A stretch of 60,948 nt of DNA. It comes from an uncultured Sutterella sp. (GTDB lineage Bacteria > Pseudomonadota > Gammaproteobacteria > Burkholderiales > Burkholderiaceae_F). The DNA is taken from NCBI GenBank assembly GCA_900552915.1, contig USBS01000001.1, positions 1-60,948 of the forward strand, given 5' to 3'. Below the pieces are notes generated by a model. That model had not been told where the DNA came from, made no database searches, and saw only the letters and a list, made by a program, of their open reading frames with translations. Position 1 is the first letter of the stretch, and the number at the start of each line of letters is the position of its first letter. Of this stretch, positions 41,093-50,465 are shown in pieces. Position numbers and translations under genes: made by a program.

Positions 41093-42475
41093 ATGCGATT
41101 TCAATCCTTCGGCGGCATGTTCATCCGCTATTTTGCGGGCATTTGGGTCACGCTTTTGGCGGTGGCGGCCCTCGTTTGGGCAAGTTCGTCTTTTTTCACG
41201 GAAGCTCCCTCCAACTACGGCTCCTTTGAGCGCAGCCCGACGGCCGAACGCGCCATCAGCACGGCCCTCGGCGTCGCCCGCTGGGGCGGAGAAGATGCGC
41301 TCATTCGCTGGCTCAACGACCCGAAGGTCAACGCCCGTCCCGAAGTCTTTGTCGTCAATCCCCTCGGGGAAGAAATTTCGGGCCGTCCTCTGCCCGGACA
41401 AATAGCGGAAAAGCTGCCCACGGCAAGCGCAGACGACGGTGTGTACACGTTTCACGGACACGGACGCCACATGCGCCCCTTCACCGGCTACCGCTTTTTT
41501 GCCGTACGCACCGATGTTCCGCCGAGCCCCATCAAGCTTTTGATGTGGCGCATGCCGTGGTGGGGCTGGGCTCTTTTTGCCACACTGATTTCCATCCTCA
41601 TCGCAAGCTTTGTCGCCGCAAGCTCCATCCGCCCCATCAAAAAACTGCAGTGGGCCATGCAGAAGGCCTCTCAAGGCGCTTTTGACGTACGCATCTCCGG
41701 CGAAGTCGGTCATACGCACGATGAAATCGGGGCGCTCGCGCGCCAATTTGATTCCATGGCCGAGCGCATTCACGGCCTTTTTGAACGACAGAAACGCCTT
41801 TTTCACGACGTCAGCCATGAACTGCGCAGCCCGCTGGCCCGCATATCGGTCGCCGTGGAACTCGCAGAAAAATCACCCGAAAAGGCACATGACTTCCTGC
41901 AGCGCATCGAAGGCGACGTGCAGGTTCTAAATGCCATGGTCGACGAGTTGCTCACCTATGCGCGGCTTGACGAAAACGCCGTCATTGCGTTTGAACGCAC
42001 GGATCTGGTGCCCCTGCTTGAAGCGATTGTCGACGACGCCGATTTCGAAGGATCCGCCAACAACACGCACGTCACTCTGCAGGCTCCCGAATCGCTTCAG
42101 ATGAACATGCATGTCGATTCACTCATGCGTGCCGTTGAAAATCTCGTTCGCAACGCGCTTCGCTATTCCGGTCCGGGCCAGCAGGTTTCGGTACTTGCCA
42201 AGGAAGAAAACGAGCACGTTATCGTTTCAGTGACCGACAGCGGCCCCGGCATGGATCCGTCCGAACTCGAAAGAATTTTCGAACCCTTCGTGCGCGGCAA
42301 GAATCAGCCCACAGGCGGCGGCTTCGGTCTGGGACTAGCCATTGCCAAGCGTGCCGTACAACGCCACGGCGGCACGCTCACGGCCCGCAATGTCGCACCG
42401 CACGGCTTATGCATGGAAATTAATATCCCTCTTTCCGGTCCCAATGCCGTTAAGTCCGCCTCGGCAACAGCCTGA
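41093..42475 (+). CDS. Sensor histidine kinase (CpxA-like)
   Basis: Two TMs, HAMP, H-box VSHELRSPL, N-box NLVRNA, G-boxes DSGPG and GFGLGL. Confidence 0.93.
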   Translation: MRFQSFGGMFIRYFAGIWVTLLAVAALVWASSSFFTEAPSNYGSFERSPTAERAISTALGVARWGGEDALIRWLNDPKVNARPEVFVVNPLGEEISGRPLPGQIAEKLPTASADDGVYTFHGHGRHMRPFTGYRFFAVRTDVPPSPIKLLMWRMPWWGWALFATLISILIASFVAASSIRPIKKLQWAMQKASQGAFDVRISGEVGHTHDEIGALARQFDSMAERIHGLFERQKRLFHDVSHELRSPLARISVAVELAEKSPEKAHDFLQRIEGDVQVLNAMVDELLTYARLDENAVIAFERTDLVPLLEAIVDDADFEGSANNTHVTLQAPESLQMNMHVDSLMRAVENLVRNALRYSGPGQQVSVLAKEENEHVIVSVTDSGPGMDPSELERIFEPFVRGKNQPTGGGFGLGLAIAKRAVQRHGGTLTARNVAPHGLCMEINIPLSGPNAVKSASATA

Positions 42476-42549
42476 CCGAAACCTAACGGTTGTTTTTCCC
42501 GTCTACAAGCTGAAGTTCTTTTGGTTCGGAACAAAACTCGTGCCGCGTC

Positions 42550-42966
42550 TCAGGGCTTAATCAGCGCCTCCGGAACCAGCGCATTGCAGTCGATCAACTC
42601 CAACTCCTTGACCATCTTCAAGGTTCCCTGCTTGTACTGCTGAAAATGCCGGCTCTGAATATGCTGTCGATAAGCCTCTTGATCGGCATAAATTTCCAGA
42701 ATGTAGAACTGCGTCGGATCCTTCTTTTCCTGGATGCTGTACAAAACTCGAACGCCGGGTTCGCGCTTCATGGATTCTCGTCCGACCTCAGCGGCATATG
42801 TTTTGTAGACATCGACCTGAGCCGGATCAACCTTGATTTTGGATATGCGAACAAGGTTGCCGGCATACGGGTCAGGCGCCGCAGAAGAACCCGCCGTGCT
42901 GCCGCCGGCAAACACCGGACAGCTCAGTAGTGCCGCGCAAGTCACAGTCAATATCGATTTGAGCAT
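42550..42966 (-). CDS. Exported putative quinol monooxygenase (ABM family)
   Basis: Signal peptide; REPGV, LEIYADQEAYRQHIQSRHF typical of YgiN/LsrG-like ABM domains. Confidence 0.8.
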   Translation of the reverse strand: MLKSILTVTCAALLSCPVFAGGSTAGSSAAPDPYAGNLVRISKIKVDPAQVDVYKTYAAEVGRESMKREPGVRVLYSIQEKKDPTQFYILEIYADQEAYRQHIQSRHFQQYKQGTLKMVKELELIDCNALVPEALIKP

Positions 42967-42992
42967 AGATAACTTCCTTTCGCAAAGAGCTG

Positions 42993-44558
42993 TCAGAGTG
43001 CTTTCTTTCGAGCAAAATCAGCGGCTGTCCGACCGGCAATCAAACCGCTGGCAAACACATCGCAAAGACGCGAGGAGATTGATCCGCAAGTAGCCCCGGC
43101 GGCAAAAAGCCCAGGAATCGGCAAATCATCTGCCGCACGAAGCACTTGAAAATCGGGATTCACTTCCAGGCCTCCCTCGGTTTTAAATCTCACCGGAAAG
43201 CTGGGCGTCGAAATGTAGTAAGGCGCTTTAAGAGCACGAAACAGCGAATCTTGACGGCCGAAGAGGGTGTCGCCTTTTCCACGAGCGGCATCGCGATTGA
43301 CCGCCTCGATCGTCTGCCGAAGACCGGCCGGATCGACTCCGGCCTGCGCGGCCGCCTCTTCAATCGTGTGGCCCTTGAAGAGGCCTTTTTGCTTCAACAG
43401 TTCGTCATAGCGCCAACGGTGACGATTGGGTCCGTTGAAAGTGGCTTCGTCCAGCAAAACATAGGCGCCGTCAATTTTCTGACGGAAGCACTCCAAGGCG
43501 CAGCCTGCGTAGCGCGAAGCGTGCTCGTCGCAAAAGCGACGTCCGTTTTTATCCACTAAGAATGCTGTGTCCGTATCGAGCAAAATCCAAGAAGGGCTTT
43601 TTTGTCCGAGGCGCGGAGCGGCAAAGAGTTTCGGCATCGATTCCATGTCTTCCACAGCCGCTCCTGCAAGCCGTCCGAGCGTAATGCCGTCGCCGTCATG
43701 CCCCGGCGGCACACCCTCGCCCACGGCCGAAAAGCCTTTCGGAATATCGGCCCACACACGCTTGTAGCGGCGCATCATCTTCTCGTTGTCGGTGAAGCCT
43801 CCGGTAGCCAAAACAACAGCAGAAGCCGAGATAGAAATCGCTTTTCCGTCAACAAATGCCTGCGCCCCCGTCACCCTAAGTGAGTGCGGCTCTGTTTGAG
43901 AGGAAGCATCCTGCTCGGTTAAGAGCCTGCTGATTTTGGCATCCGTCCAAATCCGAACATTCGCACGTTGCAGCCGATCCACCAGAGCCTTCGCCAATTG
44001 AGGCATTGAACCCGGCTTGGAAGGCACTAAGAATGGCTGCCTCGGATTGATGGGAAGAAATTTGGTCCCGAAAGAACGCACAAACGCAACAACCTTGGGG
44101 GACATCTCGGCACAGCGTCGAATCACCCGCGGGTCATGCTTGGCAATACCCGAGTAGATCGGCGAATTCGGCATATTGTCGCGTACTTTCGAAAGCGGTT
44201 CGTCGGTTGCACCGGACTCGATCAGCGACCAGTATTTTTCAAGACTTGCATCACCCGTGAAGTGCTGCTCGTCGTGCACGACGCTTCGCGCAGAAGCAAT
44301 GATTCCTGCCGAGAGAATACCGTCGCCACCGACATACGCTCGTTTTTCCACGACTAGGACGCGAGCGCCCGCCTCAGCTGCCGTCACGGCTGCCGTGAGC
44401 CCGGCAAACCCGCCTCCCACGACCAAAACATCGACTTTTAGCTTTGCTGCGTCGGAAGACGTCTCTTGTGCACATGCCGGAGACGACAAGCCGACAAACG
44501 CCATCGAACCGGCCGAAGCCGACATCAACGCGGACTGAAGAAATTGCCGTCTTTTCAT
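42993..44558 (-). CDS. Tat-exported FAD-dependent oxidoreductase (flavocytochrome c/fumarate-reductase flavoprotein fold)
   Basis: MKRRQFL Tat motif, VVGGGFAGLTAA...EK, VVLATGGF, GDG, GRRFCDE, T-GGL, GLFAAG. Confidence 0.85.
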   Translation of the reverse strand: MKRRQFLQSALMSASAGSMAFVGLSSPACAQETSSDAAKLKVDVLVVGGGFAGLTAAVTAAEAGARVLVVEKRAYVGGDGILSAGIIASARSVVHDEQHFTGDASLEKYWSLIESGATDEPLSKVRDNMPNSPIYSGIAKHDPRVIRRCAEMSPKVVAFVRSFGTKFLPINPRQPFLVPSKPGSMPQLAKALVDRLQRANVRIWTDAKISRLLTEQDASSQTEPHSLRVTGAQAFVDGKAISISASAVVLATGGFTDNEKMMRRYKRVWADIPKGFSAVGEGVPPGHDGDGITLGRLAGAAVEDMESMPKLFAAPRLGQKSPSWILLDTDTAFLVDKNGRRFCDEHASRYAGCALECFRQKIDGAYVLLDEATFNGPNRHRWRYDELLKQKGLFKGHTIEEAAAQAGVDPAGLRQTIEAVNRDAARGKGDTLFGRQDSLFRALKAPYYISTPSFPVRFKTEGGLEVNPDFQVLRAADDLPIPGLFAAGATCGSISSRLCDVFASGLIAGRTAADFARKKAL

Positions 44559-44581
44559 CGAATGGCCTCCTGTCTATCGAC

Positions 44582-44860
44582 TTATTTGCAGAGTTCAGGC
44601 GCAGCCATTGCTGTCGCAAACTCTGTAACAAGCCAAGTCGCGCAGTTTCCGGCGCGAAGAGGATCAGCGGCCAGAAGATCTTCCAATGCATCCTTCGAAG
44701 ACGCTTGCGCAATGAGCATGCCGCCGGTTCCGTCGGTATATGCACCGAACATCAGAAAGCGCCCTGCCTTGAAGTTCTCCACAAGATAGTCTCGGTGAGC
44801 CGGCAAATACTGAGCAGCCCGCCCGGCATCGGTCATACGAACATCAACAACAAACTGCAT
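44582..44860 (-). CDS. YciI-family protein
   Basis: PAHRDYL, GGMLI, LAADP. Confidence 0.8.
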   Translation of the reverse strand: MQFVVDVRMTDAGRAAQYLPAHRDYLVENFKAGRFLMFGAYTDGTGGMLIAQASSKDALEDLLAADPLRAGNCATWLVTEFATAMAAPELCK

Positions 44861-44872
44861 GATGCTTCTCCG

Positions 44873-45430
44873 TCAACCGTTGATCTCTGCTGCCATCCGA
44901 TCGGCATGGCATTGAGCTTCGTTCAAAATTCGTTCGCGATCCGCATCCGTGTGCACGCCGGCAATAAAACTCATGCCGGTCGACCAGATCGGAGCCAAAG
45001 TTTCAAGACCGCACAGTTTGGCTGTCTGCAGCAGAGGCGGCAAAAAGTCCTCAACCGGCCAGTTCATGGATTTCCCATGCGCGTATTCGGACGCAGGCGC
45101 CCCGGTGGTAAACGAAAGCAGCAAGCGCTTGCCGTGCAGGGCAGTACCGCCTGTGCCGTACGCAAAGCCGTGGGTGAGAACATCGTCAATCCACTTCTTC
45201 ATGATCGCCGGCACCGAGTACCAATAGAACGGGAACTGCCAGACAACCACATCAGCTTTGACAAGAGCAGCCTGCTCTGCAGCAACGTCAAAGCCCGCGG
45301 GTGTGATGAGTTCTGCCAAATTACGTACCTCCGCCTGCGGACACAGTTTTGTGAATGCCTCGAGAATGGCCTTTCCTGCTGTGGATTTCTCAGGATCGGG
45401 ATGAGCGTTGATAACCAAAATCTGAGTCAT
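44873..45430 (-). CDS. Flavodoxin-like NAD(P)H:quinone oxidoreductase (KefF/MdaB family)
   Basis: ILVINAHP, QFPFYWYSVPAIMKKWID, GFAYG, SFTTG. Confidence 0.88.
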   Translation of the reverse strand: MTQILVINAHPDPEKSTAGKAILEAFTKLCPQAEVRNLAELITPAGFDVAAEQAALVKADVVVWQFPFYWYSVPAIMKKWIDDVLTHGFAYGTGGTALHGKRLLLSFTTGAPASEYAHGKSMNWPVEDFLPPLLQTAKLCGLETLAPIWSTGMSFIAGVHTDADRERILNEAQCHADRMAAEING

Positions 45431-45512
45431 TTTTTTGTTCCAGTCGTAAAAAAAGCCCGGCTTTCCTGATCGCGAAACACATCGAAAAAGGAAAAGCCGA
45501 GCCGTAGAAAAC

Positions 45513-46343
45513 TTATTTCAGCTTGGCGTATTCGGCGTCGGTGACGGGCTCAAGCCATTCGTTGGAGGTTCCCTCACCCTCAATTTCAAAGGCCAGATGC
45601 GCAAACCAGCTGTCGGCCGCAGCACCGTGCCAATGCTTGACATTGGCCGGAATATGAATCACATCGCCCGGTCGCATTTCAACGGGCTTTTTGCCGGCTT
45701 CCTGATACCATCCGCGGCCGGCCACGCAGATCAACATCTGTCCGCCGCCTTTCTTGGCGTGATGGATATGCCAGTTGTTGCGGCAGCCCGGCTCAAACGT
45801 CACATTGTTGATCTTGACCTGTTCGCCCGAAACCGGAGCCAGATAGCTCTGGCCGATGAAGTACTTCGCGTAGGCATCGTTGGGCTTGCCGATCGGGAAA
45901 ATCATTTCCTGCTCAAAAGCCGAACGGGCATCCTTGGCGGCATCGGCGTCCCTCCAAACATCCTTTGCCAGACGGAAGGCGCCCCAGGCATTGGGCCAAC
46001 CGGCATAGAACCCGACATGCGTCAGAAGCTCGGCAATTTCGGTACGAGTAACGCCGTTCTTCTTCGCAAACTCAAGATGGTGCTTGAGGGATGAATCAAT
46101 AATTCCTTTGCTCACCAACGTCGTCACGGTGATCATGCTGCGATCGTGGGGATTCAAGCCCGGACGATTCCACACTTCTCCGAAGAGAATGTCATCGTTG
46201 TACGCAGCAAATGCCGGGGCAAGCGTGCCCAGTTGGGTGCGCCCAGCCGTCTGAGTAATTTTTTCTGCAGCCATAGTCGATTGGGTAAAAGAGACTGCCG
46301 TCGCCGCGACGGCAAGAGTGACAAACAGCGATTTGATTGACAT
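45513..46343 (-). CDS. Exported carboxymuconolactone-decarboxylase-family/cupin fusion protein
   Basis: Signal peptide; CMD domain (NDDILFGEVW, FYAGWPNA) plus cupin (FEPGCRNNWHIH, KHWHGA). Confidence 0.85.
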   Translation of the reverse strand: MSIKSLFVTLAVAATAVSFTQSTMAAEKITQTAGRTQLGTLAPAFAAYNDDILFGEVWNRPGLNPHDRSMITVTTLVSKGIIDSSLKHHLEFAKKNGVTRTEIAELLTHVGFYAGWPNAWGAFRLAKDVWRDADAAKDARSAFEQEMIFPIGKPNDAYAKYFIGQSYLAPVSGEQVKINNVTFEPGCRNNWHIHHAKKGGGQMLICVAGRGWYQEAGKKPVEMRPGDVIHIPANVKHWHGAAADSWFAHLAFEIEGEGTSNEWLEPVTDAEYAKLK

Positions 46344-46495
46344 TTGATGTACTCCCGCGAGTGTTGCACAACACTATTTTCGGATCACTCACATTCTTTT
46401 TCAGTCAATATTCGTTCAAAATCTTGCCTTTTTCTATCAAACGAAAAACCTTCCTCGAATCGCATCCGTACAATCGTCAGGCAACAGGAGTCGAC

Positions 46496-47425
46496 ATGGA
46501 TTTGCAAACTTTGAGTAGCGCCGGCGTCTCGCCGATCGTCATGACTTCGGATGAAATTCTTGAAGCCGCGACTCGGCTTGTTTTGAAGCACACGCCGGGG
46601 CCGGGCGTTTTCCCGAGTCCCGTACCCGGGTTGACGCTTTATCGCATTACTTCCCAAACGTTCATCGAGCGCTCGGCAGGAGAGCTTCTATCGACCTTCA
46701 TCATTCAAGGCCGCAAATCAACCGCAATCGGAGGCAAAGTTCTCGAATACGGTCCGGGCGAGAGCTTGGTAAGCGGCATTGCCTCTCCCTCGGAATTTCA
46801 TACGCTCGATTCATCCCCCGAGCATCCTTTTTTGGCCATTTCCGTGTCGCTTGATTTGTCGATTCTCATGGAATACGCAGGGATGCTTGACGGAACAAAA
46901 CATTCGGAGGAGGTCTTAGGCGGTGTATTTGTCATTCGTCCGGACGAAGACTTGGCGATTGCCTTTCTCGGTCTGCTGCGGCTGCTGGAACGTCCCGAAC
47001 TGATCCCCATCCGTGCTCCGCTGCAAATTCGTGAGCTGCATGCCTTGTTGTTGGATTCTTCCTGCGGCAATCAATTGAGAACACTTGCAAGCGCCGGTTC
47101 GGCAGGTCACTCCGTTCTAAAAGCCGTCAATTGGATCCGAAAAAACTACGCCTCTGCCTGCTCGGTTGAGGAACTCGCCGAACGAGCAAACATGTCGCTG
47201 GCCACGTTCTATCGTAAATTCCGGCAGGTGACGGGTTCGTCTCCGGTGCAATTCAGGAAAAAGGTACGGCTCTTTGAAGCTCGCCGGATCCTGCTTGCTC
47301 GTGAAGCAAATGCGGCTTCGGCTGCCTATAAGGTGGGATACGAAAGCGCCACGCAGTTCACACGAGACTACAAAGCCGCCTTCGGTGCTTCTCCGATCAA
47401 AGACATCAAACGGCTTGCGGGCTAA
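46496..47425 (+). CDS. AraC-family regulator (YqhC-like N-terminal domain)
   Basis: IIQGRK N-domain, double HTH (ANMSLATFYRKFR; VGYESATQFTRDYK); AGGAG RBS. Confidence 0.88.
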   Translation: MDLQTLSSAGVSPIVMTSDEILEAATRLVLKHTPGPGVFPSPVPGLTLYRITSQTFIERSAGELLSTFIIQGRKSTAIGGKVLEYGPGESLVSGIASPSEFHTLDSSPEHPFLAISVSLDLSILMEYAGMLDGTKHSEEVLGGVFVIRPDEDLAIAFLGLLRLLERPELIPIRAPLQIRELHALLLDSSCGNQLRTLASAGSAGHSVLKAVNWIRKNYASACSVEELAERANMSLATFYRKFRQVTGSSPVQFRKKVRLFEARRILLAREANAASAAYKVGYESATQFTRDYKAAFGASPIKDIKRLAG

Positions 47426-47462
47426 CCGCAAAACGCAAGCCGCTTACCGTGCCTGCAGAGTC

Positions 47463-48308
47463 TCAACTATTGAGAAGTGCAATCACTTCTCCGTGAATGC
47501 CGCCCGCCGTGCACACAGCTGACAAGTCCTTTAGCGGATTGCCGCCCGTCATCGAAGTCAGCGTACCACCTGCGCCTTCGACCACGGGCAAAAGCGCTGC
47601 AATGTCCCAGTAGCTCAGATCCGGATCGATCATGATGTCGGCGCCTCCCGAAGCCACCGCAAAGTACCCGAAGCAGTCGCCGAAGGTGCGGTAGAGCTTG
47701 ACGGCATCAATGAGCTTTTGTACGCGCTCGTCGCCCTTCTGCTCGTCCGTGCTCCAATGGCTGGTGGCGAGCAACGTAGCGTCGGCCAACTTGGAGCAGG
47801 ATCGAACCTTAAGCGGACGCACAAGCGGTGCCAGTCCATTGTCGTAGTAGAGCGTCGTGCCGCTCAATGTCCCGATCGTTCTGACGCGGGCCGACGGGTG
47901 ACTGATCGAGGAAAGAATCGGGCGAAAACCCGCGCCGTCGTCGCGCTCAAGCGCAATGAGCGTGCCGAAAAGAAAGCTATTCGTGATGAAGCTGCGCGTA
48001 CCGTCGATCGGATCCAAAATCCAACGGTAGCGAACACCTTCGTCTTCTTCGCCTTCCTTGATGCCGAACTCTTCGCCGAAAATGCCGTGCTTCGGGAAGC
48101 GCTCTTCTATGAGTTTGCGCATCACCGCTTCCGCACATTTGTCGGCTTGAGTAACGGGCGTTCCGTTGTCCTTGTCGTCGACTTCGATGCCGCGCAGAAA
48201 GCGCGGCGCAATTTCAGCAAAGGAGGCCTCCAGCAGCTCAAAAACAAACGGCGTAAAAAGGTCGATTTCTTGCTGCGAGGCAGGCAGACAGTAGCAAGTG
48301 GCAGACAC
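47463..48308 (-). CDS. Inositol-monophosphatase-family protein, probable histidinol-phosphate phosphatase (HisN type)
   Basis: PVTQAD, GEE, WILDPIDGTRSF, WDIAA...EGAGG. Confidence 0.8.
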   Translation of the reverse strand: MSATCYCLPASQQEIDLFTPFVFELLEASFAEIAPRFLRGIEVDDKDNGTPVTQADKCAEAVMRKLIEERFPKHGIFGEEFGIKEGEEDEGVRYRWILDPIDGTRSFITNSFLFGTLIALERDDGAGFRPILSSISHPSARVRTIGTLSGTTLYYDNGLAPLVRPLKVRSCSKLADATLLATSHWSTDEQKGDERVQKLIDAVKLYRTFGDCFGYFAVASGGADIMIDPDLSYWDIAALLPVVEGAGGTLTSMTGGNPLKDLSAVCTAGGIHGEVIALLNS

Positions 48309-48650
48309 GATGCGAAACTCCGAAGAAAAAGCTGTACCGAAAGCAATAGTAATAGTGTGTTGACGTTAAGTTTCTGTTACACGGAAATTTATTGCATTGT
48401 GCGCAATAGAGATGTCCTATTCATGACATTGACTGAGCAAAAGAGAATTCATTTCGCAAAATCAATCTTCTCATTCAAAAACAAGGCATTGCACGCACCC
48501 AAATTGGTCGCAACAAGTCTTCCGGCTTGCGATTTATTGAGAATCGATCTCATTTTCCTTTTGTTCTGCTACATTGCTCCTCACCAGGGTTGAGGCCTAA
48601 GTCTCCTCCCGCTTCCATTTGATTCGATTTACTTTTGAGGAGTCATTCCG

Positions 48651-49214
48651 ATGTCCCTTCTCCGCACCGAAGTTCTCCCCTTTAAAGCCACTGCGTTTAA
48701 GGACGGCGACTTTGTCGACGTTTCCGAAGCCGATCTGCACGGCAAGTGGTCGGTCGTTTTCTTCTACCCGGCTGACTTCACGTTCGTGTGCCCCACCGAG
48801 CTCGAAGACCTTGCCGAACATTATGAGGAATTCCAGAAGCTCGGCGTCGAAATCTACTCGGTCTCCACGGATACGCACTTCACGCACATGGCCTGGCACG
48901 GCTCGAGCCCGGCCGTCGGCAAGGTTCGCTTCCCGATGGTGGGCGACCCGACGGGCGTGATTTGCCGCAATTTCGGCGTTTTGATTGAAGAAGCCGGTCT
49001 CGCCGACCGCGGCACCTTCGTGATCAACCCTGAAGGCAAGATCGTCGTTTGCGAAATTCACGACGGCGGCATCGGCCGCGACGCTTCAGAACTGCTGCGC
49101 AAGGTGCAGGCGGCTCAGTACGTCGCTGCCAATCCGGGTGAGGTTTGCCCGGCTCGTTGGAAGCCGGGTGCCAAGACTCTGAAGCCTTCTGCCGAACTCG
49201 TCGGCAAACTCTAA
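48651..49214 (+). CDS. ahpC: Alkyl hydroperoxide reductase subunit C (2-Cys peroxiredoxin)
   Basis: [14 protein letters not shown] and GEVCPARW; 187 aa. Confidence 0.97.
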   Translation: MSLLRTEVLPFKATAFKDGDFVDVSEADLHGKWSVVFFYPADFTFVCPTELEDLAEHYEEFQKLGVEIYSVSTDTHFTHMAWHGSSPAVGKVRFPMVGDPTGVICRNFGVLIEEAGLADRGTFVINPEGKIVVCEIHDGGIGRDASELLRKVQAAQYVAANPGEVCPARWKPGAKTLKPSAELVGKL

Positions 49215-49236
49215 TCAGACATCCGACTGCTTCCGG

Positions 49237-49278
49237 GCCGCGAAATTCTTTGTAAGGATTTCGCGGCTTTTGCTTTTT
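49237..49278 (+). terminator. Intrinsic terminator after ahpC
   Basis: GCCGCGAAAT / ATTTCGCGGC stem plus T-tract. Confidence 0.8.
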
Positions 49279-49403
49279 GTCGCGTTTTCTTGCCGTTTCG
49301 TCTTTTTGTCATTGCTTGTTCACAAAAGCATCACCAAGTCAACATATACCGCTCCTATCGTTGCGCCATCTTTAACAGAGAGACCTCAAACTCAGGAATA
49401 AAA

Positions 49404-50441
49404 ATGACTGCAACGATCAATCGCCGTGACTTCGGCAAAATGGTTTTCGGTTCCGCTCTCATGATGAGCGGCTTCGGAATTTCAAACGCTTTTGCGCAAG
49501 CTGGCAAAACCGCCATCTGCTACAACGTTCCGGCCGAATGGGCAGGCTGGGGCAACATGCTCAAGCTCATTGCCAAAGAAACCGGCATCAATGTTCCCAT
49601 CGATAACAAAAATTCCGGTCAGTCCGTCTCGCAGGTGATTGCCGAGGCTAAAAACCCTGTGGCCGACGCCATGTACCTTGGCATTTCCTTTGCCATCAAC
49701 GCTAAGAAAGCCGGCATCATCGAACCCTACAAGGGCAAAGGCTGGCAGGCCGTTCCGGACAATCTCAAGGATCCCGAAGGCTACTGGGTTTCGATTCACG
49801 CCGGCACCGTCGGCTTTATGGTGAATAAGGAAGCTTTGGGAGACGTTCCCGTACCCAAGAGCTGGAAGGATCTGCTCGATCCCAAGTACGACGGCATGGT
49901 GGGCTTTTTGGATCCCTCCTCTGCCTTTGTGGGCTACGCCTGCGCCGTTGCCGCCAACCAGGCTCTCGGCGGTACGCTCGACAACTTCGCGCCCGGCATC
50001 GACTTCTACAAGAAGCTGCTCGAAAACCACCCGATCATCCCCAAGCAGACGGCTTATGCTCGCTGTCTGTCGGGCGAAATTCCGATTCTCTTTGACTACG
50101 ACTTCGACGCCTACCGTGCCAAGTACACGGACAAGGCCCCGATCGAATTCGTGATTCCGCAGGAAGGCACGATTCAGGTTCCGTACGTGATGTGCATGGT
50201 CAAAGACGCTCCGCATCGCGCCAACGGTCAGGCCGTCATCGACTTCGTCCTGAGCGAGAAAGGCCAGCAGTTCTGGGCTGAAAACTACCTGCGTCCGGTT
50301 CTAGGCGAGCTGCCCGCTTCCGCAAAGGAAAAGTTCCTGCCCAACAGCGAATACAAGCGTGCCATCGGCATCGACTACGCCCGCATGGCTGCCGTGCAGC
50401 AGGGCTTTAGCGAAGCCTATCTGAAGGCCACCAAAGGCTAA
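49404..50441 (+). CDS. ABC substrate-binding protein (AfuA/PotD-like), Tat-type signal
   Basis: NRRDFGK twin-arginine motif, DNKNSGQ, PKSWKDLL, IPQEGT. Confidence 0.85.
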   Translation: MTATINRRDFGKMVFGSALMMSGFGISNAFAQAGKTAICYNVPAEWAGWGNMLKLIAKETGINVPIDNKNSGQSVSQVIAEAKNPVADAMYLGISFAINAKKAGIIEPYKGKGWQAVPDNLKDPEGYWVSIHAGTVGFMVNKEALGDVPVPKSWKDLLDPKYDGMVGFLDPSSAFVGYACAVAANQALGGTLDNFAPGIDFYKKLLENHPIIPKQTAYARCLSGEIPILFDYDFDAYRAKYTDKAPIEFVIPQEGTIQVPYVMCMVKDAPHRANGQAVIDFVLSEKGQQFWAENYLRPVLGELPASAKEKFLPNSEYKRAIGIDYARMAAVQQGFSEAYLKATKG

Positions 50442-50465
50442 TTCCTCCTTTCAGAGAGTCACCGT

